64,000 nt of DNA from Oscillospiraceae bacterium. Lineage in GTDB: Bacteria; Bacillota; Clostridia; Oscillospirales; Ruminococcaceae. How positions within the stretch are numbered: the first letter of the stretch is position 1; the number at the start of each line of letters is the position of its first letter. This document shows, in pieces, positions 53,204-61,500 of this stretch. The notes beneath the pieces were generated by a model that did not search any database, was not told the origin of the DNA, and worked only from the letters and a program-made list of their open reading frames with translations. Both the position numbers and the translations under genes were made by a program. The stretch spans positions 32,711 to 96,710 of the forward strand of contig JAEELE010000074.1 of NCBI GenBank assembly GCA_016288755.1. The letters are read 5' to 3'.

Positions 53204-53915
53204 CCTCCTCTGCCTGCTCCTCCGTGCGGCTGGCTCTGCCGGTCAGCTCGTCGCGCAGGATCCTGCCGTCCTCGATCGCGATCACGCGGTCGCAGAGCAG
53301 CGCAATGTTTTCGTCATGCGTGATGATCAGCATGGTCTGCCCGAAGTCGTGGTTGAGCTGACGCAGCAGCTCCATGATCTCGCGGCTGTTCTTGGAATCG
53401 AGGTTTCCGGTCGGCTCGTCCGCGAGAATGACGCTCGGCATGTTGAAGAGCGCTCTGGCGATCGAGACGCGCTGCTGCTGCCCGCCCGAGAGCTGCGAGG
53501 GCAGATGGTTCCGGCGCTGCAGCAGCCCCATCTGATCGAGCATTTTGTCAACGGCAGCCTTCTCGGGCTTCTTGCCGTCCATGATCATCGGCAGCGTCAT
53601 ATTCTCCTCGGCGGTCAGCACCGGAATGAGGTTGTAGAACTGATAGATCAGCCCGACCTCGCGCCGCCGGAAGATCGCGAGCTGCTCGTCCTTGCGGGCA
53701 AAGACGTCCTCGCCGTTGAGATAGACCTTGCCGGAGGTGGGGCGGTCGACCGCGCCGATGATGTGCAGCAGCGTCGATTTGCCCGACCCGGACGGTCCGA
53801 TGATCGCGAGCATCTGCCCCTTCGGCACGGTGAACGACACATCGTCGAGGGCGCGCACCTCGTTCTCGCCCTTTCCGTAGATTTTTGTCAGGTGCTCCAT
53901 TTTCAGCAGTTCCAT
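53184..53915 (-). CDS. ABC transporter ATP-binding protein (MacB/LolD-like)
   Basis: 243 aa from the ATG at 53915. Walker [10 protein letters not shown], signature LSGGQQQRV, Walker [12 protein letters not shown]. Confidence 0.93.
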   Translation of the reverse strand: MELLKMEHLTKIYGKGENEVRALDDVSFTVPKGQMLAIIGPSGSGKSTLLHIIGAVDRPTSGKVYLNGEDVFARKDEQLAIFRRREVGLIYQFYNLIPVLTAEENMTLPMIMDGKKPEKAAVDKMLDQMGLLQRRNHLPSQLSGGQQQRVSIARALFNMPSVILADEPTGNLDSKNSREIMELLRQLNHDFGQTMLIITHDENIALLCDRVIAIEDGRILRDELTGRASRTEEQAEEGEDNAV

Positions 53916-53980
53916 CTGAACCCATCCCTTCTGCGGATCGCTCCGCGCTGTTTTGTTGTCTCTATTGTAGCACACGAAAA

Positions 53981-54040
53981 TGACTCTGCCGTGACTCTGA
54001 AATGACAGTTTCGTCACTTTCGCGGTCACCGAAGGTCATT
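53981..54040. promoter_or_regulatory. TGAC/GTCA repeat array (operator-like) upstream of the ABC operon
   Basis: TGACTCTG-ccg-TGACTCTG-aaa-TGACAG-tttc-GTCACT-ttcgcg-GTCACC-gaag-GTCATT: three forward and three inverted half-sites. It lies just upstream of a candidate extended -10 element (TGcTACAAT, -10 at 53964-53969, minus strand). Confidence 0.4.
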
Positions 54041-54106
54041 TCCGGCAAAAAAAGCGTGCCTGCAAGCCTGTTTTCGCCCGCAAATCACAAAATCCGCCCG
54101 AAACAG

Positions 54107-54135
54107 TAGACAAAACGCTTCTGAAATGCTATAAT
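54107..54135 (+). promoter_or_regulatory. Sigma-A type promoter of the HD-GYP gene
   Basis: TAGACA (54107-54112), 17 nt spacer, TATAAT (54130-54135). This leaves a ~125 nt 5' UTR. Confidence 0.55.
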
Positions 54136-54264
54136 ATGGTAGCATGGATTAACTGTGCAGATTTGCTGAAAACCGGGCTGCTGCATCCGGACATGCCCTT
54201 GTCCCTTCGGCTGCCTTCCGGAACCACTGATATGCTATGATTTGACAGAAAGGGGGCTCTGTCT

Positions 54265-55965
54265 TTGGCTGAGCTCTATTACACCGTACTCTTCGCACTG
54301 TCCTTTGCGTGCACGGTCACCTATGCCTGCATCTGGCACAAGCATTTTGATATCTACTTCACGCTGATGTTCACGCTGATCCCGATCTCGCTGATGGGCT
54401 ATGTGATCATGGCACGCGCGACCACACTCGAAACGGCACTCGCCGCAAACAGGATCGTCTATATCGGCGGATGCTATGAGCTGCTCTTCGTGACATTCAG
54501 TGTTTTCAGCCTGTGCCGCATCCATCTGAAACAGATCATTCATGCGCTGCTGCTGCTCGTCACGACCGGCGTCTATCTGAGCGCGATCACGGTCGGTGAA
54601 TCGACGGTCTTCTACCGCACCCAGACCTTTGAGATCGTCAACGGTGTCGGCGTGCTGCGCAAGGAATACGGTCCGATGCACACGGTCTTTATCATCATGG
54701 TGTGGGTATTTTTCACCATGAACATCTGTGCGCTGCTCTACAGCTATTTCAAAAAGCGCGATGTTTCCAACCGGATGATCGCCCTGCTGTTCCTGCCCGA
54801 GCTGCTCGCCGTATTCAGCTATTTCGGCTCGAAGGTTCTGCCCGTCCCGGTCGATCTGACGCCGCTCTCCTATGTCGTGGCACAGTGCATGTATCTCATT
54901 ATCATCCGCCGCATCACGCTCTTCGATATCGACGACACGGTCATTGATTCGCTCGTGCAGACCGGCAATACCGGCTTTGCGTCGTTTGATTTCAAGCTGC
55001 GCTATATCGGCAGCAACGAGACCGCCCGCCGGATGCTGCCCGTGCTCAAGGAGGCATCCGTCGACCGGCTCCCCGAGAAAAACGCAAGGCTGAGCGACAC
55101 GGTGCTGAAATGGCTCGCCGACTTCAAGACAGATCATCAGAGATCGCAGGTGCGCTACGAATCCGACGGGCATGTCTACATCATTCATGTGCAGTATCTC
55201 TACACCGGCATGAAGCGCCGCGGCTATCAGCTCGTGATGAACGACGACACCGAGAATCAGCGCTATATCTCGCTGATGGGGCGCTTCAACACCGAGCTGC
55301 AGAGCCGTGTTGCACAGCAGACCGCCCACATGCGCGAGATGCACGATCACCTGATCCTGAGCATGGCGGCGATGGTCGAAAGCCGCGACAATTCGACCGG
55401 CGGTCACATCAAGCGCACCAGTGCCGCTGTGCGCATCCTGATCGACGAGATGAAGCAGGACGGCACACTCGGTCTGACCGACAGCTTCTGCGACCGTGTC
55501 ATCAAGGCGGCGCCTATGCATGACCTCGGCAAGATCGCCGTTGACGATGCCGTGCTGCGCAAGCCCGGACGCTTCACGCCGGAGGAATTCGAGAAGATGA
55601 AGGCACACGCCGCCGAGGGCGCGCGCATCGTCCACCAGATTCTCGAGGGCACCGACGACGACGAATTCCATGTGATCGCCGAGAACGTCGCGCACTTCCA
55701 CCACGAGCGCTGGGACGGCTCGGGGTATCCGATGGGCTTAAAGGGCGAGCAGATTCCGCTCGAAGCCCGCATCATGGCGATCGCCGACGTCTACGACGCA
55801 CTCGTCAGCCGCCGCGTCTACAAGGACAGCATGAGCTTTGAGCAGGCGGACAGGATCATCATGGAGGGCATGGGCAAGCACTTTGACAAGCGGCTTGAAC
55901 CCTTCTATGTCGCGGCAAGACCCCGCCTCGAGGAATTCTACCGCCGTGAACAGGCTGAGCAATAA
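54265..55965 (+). CDS. Membrane-bound HD-GYP c-di-GMP phosphodiesterase (7TM sensor - PAS-like - HD-GYP)
   Basis: 566 aa. The TTG start lies 8 nt after AAAGGGGG. HD motif (PMHDLGKIAV) and HHERWDGSGYPMGL (GYP). The N-terminal polytopic domain is architecturally parallel to that of the cyclase at 16638..18074. Confidence 0.88.
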   Translation: MAELYYTVLFALSFACTVTYACIWHKHFDIYFTLMFTLIPISLMGYVIMARATTLETALAANRIVYIGGCYELLFVTFSVFSLCRIHLKQIIHALLLLVTTGVYLSAITVGESTVFYRTQTFEIVNGVGVLRKEYGPMHTVFIIMVWVFFTMNICALLYSYFKKRDVSNRMIALLFLPELLAVFSYFGSKVLPVPVDLTPLSYVVAQCMYLIIIRRITLFDIDDTVIDSLVQTGNTGFASFDFKLRYIGSNETARRMLPVLKEASVDRLPEKNARLSDTVLKWLADFKTDHQRSQVRYESDGHVYIIHVQYLYTGMKRRGYQLVMNDDTENQRYISLMGRFNTELQSRVAQQTAHMREMHDHLILSMAAMVESRDNSTGGHIKRTSAAVRILIDEMKQDGTLGLTDSFCDRVIKAAPMHDLGKIAVDDAVLRKPGRFTPEEFEKMKAHAAEGARIVHQILEGTDDDEFHVIAENVAHFHHERWDGSGYPMGLKGEQIPLEARIMAIADVYDALVSRRVYKDSMSFEQADRIIMEGMGKHFDKRLEPFYVAARPRLEEFYRREQAEQ

Positions 55966-55968
55966 GAG

Positions 55969-56010
55969 AATCTCCCGTTTCCGTCAGCAGCGGATTCGGG
56001 AGATTTTGTC
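55969..56010 (+). terminator. Intrinsic terminator after the HD-GYP gene
   Basis: AATCTCCCG-19 nt-CGGGAGATT running into TTTTG. Confidence 0.6.
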
Positions 56011-56070
56011 TATTCTTAAGGCAGCACCGCGTGCGAGCGCCGCATGATCAGTCCTTTTCGACAAACGGCG

Positions 56071-56116
56071 AAAAAATGACCCGGCACAGAGCGCTCCGTG
56101 CCGGGTCTGTTTTGTG
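56071..56116. terminator. Bidirectional terminator
   Basis: ACCCGGCAC-10 nt-GTGCCGGGT. It is flanked by AAAAAA upstream (a T-run for the minus strand) and CTGTTTTGTG downstream. Confidence 0.7.
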
Positions 56117-56120
56117 AGAA

Positions 56121-56190
56121 TCAGCCGAGTGTGACGACGATCTCATTGACCTCCGCGAGCTGTTCTGCCGGCAGGACGGGGAACCCCCGC
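56121..56190 (-). pseudogene. Orphan 3'-terminal fragment homologous to the end of the cellobiose phosphorylase gene
   Basis: The minus-strand frame reads ...GFPVLPAEQLAEVNEIVVTLG*, versus ...EGNFLPAEQLAEVNEIVVTLG* for the intact gene end at 56259-56320. About 52 nt are near-identical, with only synonymous differences (gca/gcg, gag/gaa, gga/ggc). Confidence 0.7.
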
Positions 56191-56258
56191 CGGTATTTCC
56201 CCCGCATGCAGACAAATCGGCACGGACAAAAACGCCGTGCCGATCGTTATTGTTGATT

Positions 56259-58652
56259 TCATCCGAGTGTGACGACGATCTCATTGACCTCTGCGAGCTG
56301 CTCTGCGGGCAGGAAATTGCCCTCGACCGGCTTGCCGTTCACGGTCATCGCCTTCACGCCGCTCTGGACGTGGTTCGGATTCTGCACGTCGATGTTCAGC
56401 TTCTTGCCGCGGAACAGCTTGTGAATCTTAAAGCCGTCCCATGCCGCCGGGATCGACGGGTCAATGCGCAGACCGCCGAGCTCCGTGCGCATGCCGCAGA
56501 TGCCCTCGACGCAGCCGACCATCACGGTCGAGGCAGTGCCGGTGAGCCAGTGCACATGCGAACGCCCTGCAAACGGCGAGCGGGTCGCCTCGGTGAACTG
56601 CCCGTGGACATACGGCTCCATGACGCGAATCTCTGCTTTGTCGTTCATCGCGGCGGGCGAGGACTCCATGAAATACTCAAACGCTCTGTCGCCGTGCCCG
56701 AGCAGTGCCTCCGCGAGGATCAGCCAGCCCTGCGACTGCGAGAAGATGCCGCCGTTCTCCTTGGTGTCCGGGTTGAAGATGTGCATGAGCGCGCCGTCGA
56801 AATAGTGATCGACATAGGGCGGCTCGAGCAGCTTTGCGCCGTAGGGCGTGTTGAGGATGCTGTGCACGCTCTCCATCGCCTTCTCCGCCTGCTCTGCGCT
56901 CGCAAACTGCGAAATGACCGACCAGCTCTGCGGATTCAGCCACATGCTCGCCTCGGGGTCTGCCTTCGCGCCGACGACTGTGCCGTCCTCGCGGATGCCG
57001 CGGATGAAGCGGTCCTCGTCCCAGCAGGCTGCGAGCGACTTGCCGAGCTCTGCCTGTGCCTTCTCCAGATATGCGATGTAATCGGTGTCATTCTTTGCCT
57101 TCGCCATCTCGAGCATCTCGCGGATCGCGTACCAGAGCTGGAATGCGACGAACGTCGATTCGCCCTTTGCGCCCAGACGCAGGCAGTCGTTCCAGTCCGC
57201 GTGCAGACCGGCGGGCATATGGTGTGCACCGAGCCGCTCCATCGAGAACCGGATCGCGCGCTTTAAGTGCCCGTAGACGGTGTCCTCGCCGCCGTTCGCG
57301 TAGACGATGACCTCATCGAGGAATGCCTGATTGCCCGACTCGCCGATGTACTTGATGATCGTCGGGAAGAGCCAGAGCGCGTCGTCTGCGCGGTAGGACG
57401 GGTGACCGGTCTCCTTGACGTATTCGGGGTCATCCGGGGTATTCTCGTGACCGGCGTTGTGGTTGAACTTGACCAGCGGCAGACCGCCGCCGTTGTCGAC
57501 CTGTGCCGAGAGCATGAAGCGGATCTTTTCGAGCGCCATCTCCGGGTTGAGGTGGATGATGCCCTGAATATCCTGCACGGTGTCGCGGTAGCCGTAGCCG
57601 TTGCGCTCGCCGCAGTAGATCAGCGATGCCGCGCGGCTCCAGATCGAGGTGATGAAGCACTGATAGGCATTCCAGACATTGATCATGTTGTTGAACTCGT
57701 CCGACGGGGTCTCGACCTCGAAGTGCGAGAGCTGCTCGTGCCAGTAGGCGCGGAGCTTTTCGATCTCGGCGTCCGCGGTGCCGGAGGTCTCATACTTTTT
57801 CAGAATCTCGGCTGCCTCTGCGGAATTGCGCTGCCCGAAGACATAGGTGAGGACCTTGGTCTCGCCCGGCTGCAGCTCGATATCGGACTGCAGAGCGCCG
57901 CAGGCGTTGGAGTTGTAATTCATCGTGCCGTCGCATCTGCCGTTTTCCACCGCGATCGGGTTGGAGTAGGTGCGGTAGGGACCGATGAAGGCAGAGAGGT
58001 CGCCGTTTGCGGAGGCAACGGGTGCACCGGCGACGCCGAAGAAGCGCTCCTTGTGGTTGGAGCCGGAAGCGTCCTTGCCGGAATTCTCGTTGATGTGCTG
58101 GATGATGCGGTTGCCGCCCTCGAAGCTGGTGCGGGTGATGAAGAGCGTGTACTGGAGGTTCACCTGATCCTGCTGATAGTTGCTCTCGTTGGTGAACTCG
58201 ATGAAGCCGGTGACGGCGAGCCTTCTGGGCTTGTCCGAGGTATTGGTGATCCTGCACTGCCAGACCTCGTAGGTGTCCGGGACATAGTAGGTCGTCACGG
58301 TCTCGATGCCGGCATACTCGGATTCGAGCACGGTATAGGCGGTGCCGTGGCGGCAGACGGACTTGTACTGCTCGACCGGCTTGCCCACGGGCTGCCACGA
58401 TGCCGACCAGTAATCGCGGGTCTCACGGTCGAACAGATAGATGTATCTGCCCGGGAGCGCCATCATGGAATTGAAGCGGAATCTGCCGATTCTGCCGTTC
58501 GCGCCGGACTTGACAAAGCTGTAGCCGGCGGCATTGTTCGAGATGATCGCACCGTACTCCGGGTCGCCGAGGTAGTTGGACCATGCCGAAGGAGTGTCGG
58601 GGCGGGTGATCACATATTCTTTGTTTGCGAGATCAAAGTAACCGTATTTCAT
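56259..58652 (-). CDS. cbp: Cellobiose phosphorylase (GH94)
   Basis: 797 aa. N-terminus MKYGYFDLANKEYVITRPDTPSAWSNYLG parallels known cellobiose phosphorylases. No signal peptide. Confidence 0.9.
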   Translation of the reverse strand: MKYGYFDLANKEYVITRPDTPSAWSNYLGDPEYGAIISNNAAGYSFVKSGANGRIGRFRFNSMMALPGRYIYLFDRETRDYWSASWQPVGKPVEQYKSVCRHGTAYTVLESEYAGIETVTTYYVPDTYEVWQCRITNTSDKPRRLAVTGFIEFTNESNYQQDQVNLQYTLFITRTSFEGGNRIIQHINENSGKDASGSNHKERFFGVAGAPVASANGDLSAFIGPYRTYSNPIAVENGRCDGTMNYNSNACGALQSDIELQPGETKVLTYVFGQRNSAEAAEILKKYETSGTADAEIEKLRAYWHEQLSHFEVETPSDEFNNMINVWNAYQCFITSIWSRAASLIYCGERNGYGYRDTVQDIQGIIHLNPEMALEKIRFMLSAQVDNGGGLPLVKFNHNAGHENTPDDPEYVKETGHPSYRADDALWLFPTIIKYIGESGNQAFLDEVIVYANGGEDTVYGHLKRAIRFSMERLGAHHMPAGLHADWNDCLRLGAKGESTFVAFQLWYAIREMLEMAKAKNDTDYIAYLEKAQAELGKSLAACWDEDRFIRGIREDGTVVGAKADPEASMWLNPQSWSVISQFASAEQAEKAMESVHSILNTPYGAKLLEPPYVDHYFDGALMHIFNPDTKENGGIFSQSQGWLILAEALLGHGDRAFEYFMESSPAAMNDKAEIRVMEPYVHGQFTEATRSPFAGRSHVHWLTGTASTVMVGCVEGICGMRTELGGLRIDPSIPAAWDGFKIHKLFRGKKLNIDVQNPNHVQSGVKAMTVNGKPVEGNFLPAEQLAEVNEIVVTLG

Positions 58653-58684
58653 AGCAACCTCCTGAAGACAAAATAAGTATCTTC

Positions 58685-58713
58685 ATTCTACCATAAATCA
58701 GAATAAATTGCAA
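58685..58713 (-). promoter_or_regulatory. Sigma-A type promoter of cbp
   Basis: Minus strand: TTGCAA (58708-58713), 17 nt spacer, TAGAAT (58685-58690). A second TTGCAA lies 10 bp upstream (ttgcaaagcccttgcaa). Confidence 0.6.
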
Positions 58714-58784
58714 GGGCTTTGCAATAATTTCTGAAAAACTGTCCTTTGCAGCGGTTTCTCCGGTCGTTCCGCGGCACTTGCCTC

Positions 58785-58813
58785 TTGCAAAAACGTCGCA
58801 TTCATGGTATAAT
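58785..58813 (+). promoter_or_regulatory. Sigma-A type promoter of the DUF389 gene
   Basis: TTGCAA (58785-58790), 17 nt spacer, TATAAT (58808-58813). Confidence 0.6.
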
Positions 58814-58843
58814 GGTCATATTGATCTGATAGGAGTGCTCGCC

Positions 58844-59605
58844 ATGAATGATTTGATGCAGGTGCTGCGGCGGATTTTCTCTCTGCACGGCGACTCCGCG
58901 ACCCATGAGGAGATCAAGGAGCGCATCATCTCCGGCGGACAGGTCACCGGCACGAACATGTGCGTGCTGATCTGCGCGATCCTCATTGCCTCGGTCGGGC
59001 TCAACACCGGCTCCGCCGCCGTCATCATCGGCGCGATGCTGATTTCCCCGCTCATGGGCAGTCTCCTCGCAATGGCATACAACACGGTCGCCGTGCACCG
59101 GCACCATCTGCGGCGAAATACATACGGCTTTGTGTTCCAGATTCTGATCAGCCTGCTGGTCTCGACGCTGTTTTTCCTTGTCTCCCCGGTCAATGCGCCC
59201 TCCTCGGAGCTGCTTGCGCGCACGAAGCCGACCTTCTTCGACGTGATCGTCGCGGTCGCGGGCGGGTTTGCGGGCATCATCGGCAACACGCGAAAGGAGC
59301 GCGCCAACAACGTCGTGCCCGGTGTCGCGATCGCGACGGCACTGATGCCCCCGCTGTGCACCTGCGGCTATTCGATCGCGCATGCACAGTGGCGGATGCT
59401 GCTCGGCGCGGCATATCTGTTCACGGTCAACTGCTACTTTATCTATATGTCCGCCGCGGTCATCCTCAGTGTGCTGAGCATCCCGCGCGAGACCGCGGTC
59501 ACCGATAAGGAGTGGAACCGCCTGCGCCGCCAAATGGTCCGCAACACGATCATCGTCGTGCTGCCGAGCATCATTCTCGCCTTCCTCATGACACACGACG
59601 GGTGA
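58844..59605 (+). CDS. DUF389 (TIGR00341-like) integral membrane protein
   Basis: 253 aa from the ATG at 58844 (TAGGAGTG upstream). Typical LICAILIASVGLNTGSAAVIIGAMLISPLMG and VPGVAIATALMPPLC segments. Confidence 0.75.
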   Translation: MNDLMQVLRRIFSLHGDSATHEEIKERIISGGQVTGTNMCVLICAILIASVGLNTGSAAVIIGAMLISPLMGSLLAMAYNTVAVHRHHLRRNTYGFVFQILISLLVSTLFFLVSPVNAPSSELLARTKPTFFDVIVAVAGGFAGIIGNTRKERANNVVPGVAIATALMPPLCTCGYSIAHAQWRMLLGAAYLFTVNCYFIYMSAAVILSVLSIPRETAVTDKEWNRLRRQMVRNTIIVVLPSIILAFLMTHDG

Positions 59606-59690
59606 AGCGGGAAATGAGAAATGAGAAGTGAGGAGTGAGGAGTTGTTCCCGTGTTTTGCAAAGCAAAACCGGCGCGTTTGCCGATCGGCA
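59606..59690. repeat. Dispersed intergenic repeat, copy R7 (purine tract + core + hairpins)
   Basis: gaaatgagaaatgagaagtgaggagtgaggagttgttcc (core at 59639-59649), then GTTTTGC-aaa-GCAAAAC and the palindrome tgccgatcggca. Confidence 0.8.
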
Positions 59691-59747
59691 GACTTGCGCA
59701 TCTCCGCATTCATATAAAGAATCCGATAAAAAAATTTCCGCCCTCGT

Positions 59748-60386
59748 GTGGGGATTCGGCGCGCGCGTCCGAATACAATGGTGAGGGCGAACGGTGAGGT
59801 GATGGATGTGACCGTCATGGAAGACACAGCCTTGCTTGCCCTGATGCGGGAGCGTCCGGAAAAGGGCTGTGAGCAGCTCCTGCAGCAGTATACCGGTCTG
59901 GTGCTGGCGATCGTGCGCCGGCGGCTCGGCGGCTGCACCTTCTGCACGGCAGAGGACATGGAGGAGCTCGCAAGCGATATCCTCTTCGCCTTCTGGCAGC
60001 AGCGGGAGCGCGTGACCCCCGACCGCGGCACAGTGCGCGCGCTGCTCGCAACCATGACCGGCAGGCGCTGTATCGACTGGTATCGGGCACATGCGGCAAG
60101 GGCTGTGATGCAGTCCCCCGAGGAGCTCAGCGAGACGGTTCAGGACCCGACAGCAGCACCCGATGAACAGGCTGTCACCAACGACCGCAAGCGCGAGCTG
60201 CTTGCCGCGATCCGCGCACTCGGCGAACCGGACTGTGAAATACTGCTCCGGAAATATTACAACGGGGAGACCGCAGCGTCCATCGCAGAACGGCTCTCCA
60301 TGCGAACGGGCACCGTAGAGATGCGAATTTCACGCGCGATGAAAAAGCTGCGTACCATGCTGGGAGGTGATGAGGATGCGTCTTGA
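59748..60386 (+). CDS. ECF-type sigma-70 family RNA polymerase sigma factor
   Basis: Region 2 (AEDMEELASDILFAFW) and region 4 (GETAASIAERLSMRTGTVEMRISRAMKKL). The true start is uncertain (ATG 59778, 59802 or 59817). Confidence 0.8.
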   Translation: MGIRRARPNTMVRANGEVMDVTVMEDTALLALMRERPEKGCEQLLQQYTGLVLAIVRRRLGGCTFCTAEDMEELASDILFAFWQQRERVTPDRGTVRALLATMTGRRCIDWYRAHAARAVMQSPEELSETVQDPTAAPDEQAVTNDRKRELLAAIRALGEPDCEILLRKYYNGETAASIAERLSMRTGTVEMRISRAMKKLRTMLGGDEDAS

Positions 60387-61245
60387 GGATGAGCTCACAA
60401 AGCTGATGACAGCACTGACGGACGAAGAGGCAGCCGAGCTGATCGCAGAATTCTCCGCACCGGTCGATCCGGCGGCTGAGGCACGCATCCGCACCGCTGT
60501 GCAGGAGCGGGCATTCCCCCGGCAGAGAATCAGGCTGACACATATGCGGTATGTCTATACCGCTGCGGCAGCTAGTCTGATCGTCTGTCTTTCCGTCGCG
60601 GCAGCAATGTTTCTCCTGAACCGCCCGCAGCGCCCGCCGGTCGTCCCCGGCAGTGAAACGGTCACGGAAACAACGGCATCAGCGGAAAACAGTGCAGCCA
60701 CCGGCGGCGTATCTGAGGACAGCGGGCACGGGAGCGATTCCGCCCCGGCACAGACCACAGCCGCATTGCAGACGGACACTGCACAGTCGACAGAATCCGG
60801 CGTCACCGCGCAGACGACGGCTACCACAGAGAGCAGGACAGAATCCGTTTCCGCGACCGCAGACCCGCCGAAAACAGAGAACAGCGCACAGCAGACCGCC
60901 GTCACGCAGACGACCGTGTCCGCGCAGAGCACCGTCACGCAGAGCACCGTCGGGCAGAGCACTGTCACGCAGAGCACTGCGTCGACCACACGCACGACGA
61001 CCGCGACCCTGCACACCACAGCGTCGACGACGGTCACCCGTGCAACGACTGCGCAGTCCTCGACCAATACAGACCGCATGCCGTCATCCGACAAGGAAAT
61101 CGAAGGACCCACCGGACCGGATGAGCCCGTCGAGGACGGGAACTCCGGCGCACCGATGACCAGTGCATCTGCCGGAGCAGGTCCCCCGCCCGACTGGAAC
61201 GACGTGACGGAGACCACCACGACCGAGACAGAACCGGTCCACTGA
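60376..61245 (+). CDS. Putative anti-sigma factor with a Thr/Ser/Gln-rich low-complexity ectodomain
   Basis: ATG at 60376 lies 8 nt after GGAGG and overlaps the sigma gene end. One TM helix (YVYTAAAASLIVCLSVAAAMFLL). The ectodomain is dominated by TAQ/STVTQ repeats. Confidence 0.6.
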   Translation: MRLEDELTKLMTALTDEEAAELIAEFSAPVDPAAEARIRTAVQERAFPRQRIRLTHMRYVYTAAAASLIVCLSVAAAMFLLNRPQRPPVVPGSETVTETTASAENSAATGGVSEDSGHGSDSAPAQTTAALQTDTAQSTESGVTAQTTATTESRTESVSATADPPKTENSAQQTAVTQTTVSAQSTVTQSTVGQSTVTQSTASTTRTTTATLHTTASTTVTRATTAQSSTNTDRMPSSDKEIEGPTGPDEPVEDGNSGAPMTSASAGAGPPPDWNDVTETTTTETEPVH

Positions 61246-61256
61246 TATGAATGCAG

Positions 61257-61290
61257 CCCCGGAGAGCAGGTGCTTTCCGGGGACTTTTTT
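61257..61290 (+). terminator. Intrinsic terminator after the anti-sigma gene
   Basis: CCCCGGA-12 nt-TCCGGGG, then ACTTTTTT. Confidence 0.7.
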
Positions 61291-61304
61291 CGCCCTTTCG
61301 GCAT

Positions 61305-61392
61305 GAGGCAGGAAGGAGGAGGCAGCAGGTGCCCGAAACCCGGGCTCAGCAGCAGAAATGAACTTGACGGAACAGCTCCTCCCTCCTCCGTG
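61305..61392. repeat. Dispersed intergenic repeat, copy R8 (miniature palindromic form)
   Basis: ggaaggaggaggcagcagg ... gcccgaaacccgggc ... ggaacagctcctccctcctccg (core at 61369-61379). Confidence 0.75.
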
Positions 61393-61442
61393 TAATTCTT
61401 TTGCGAAATGCGCAAGCATTTGGGGAATGCGCAACCTTTGAC

Positions 61443-61471
61443 TTGACAGATCTGTCGGAATATGGTACAAT
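61443..61471 (+). promoter_or_regulatory. Sigma-A type promoter
   Basis: TTGACA (61443-61448), 17 nt spacer, TACAAT (61466-61471). Confidence 0.65.
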
Positions 61472-61500
61472 GAAGATGGAAAACTGTTGAAAGGAACGCG

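Noticed and set aside
56048-56284. 78-aa minus-strand ORF with a duplicated MRSSSHS motif
   Set aside because: The internal duplication only reflects the out-of-frame reading of the duplicated cbp 3' end. It spans two terminator hairpins and has no SD.
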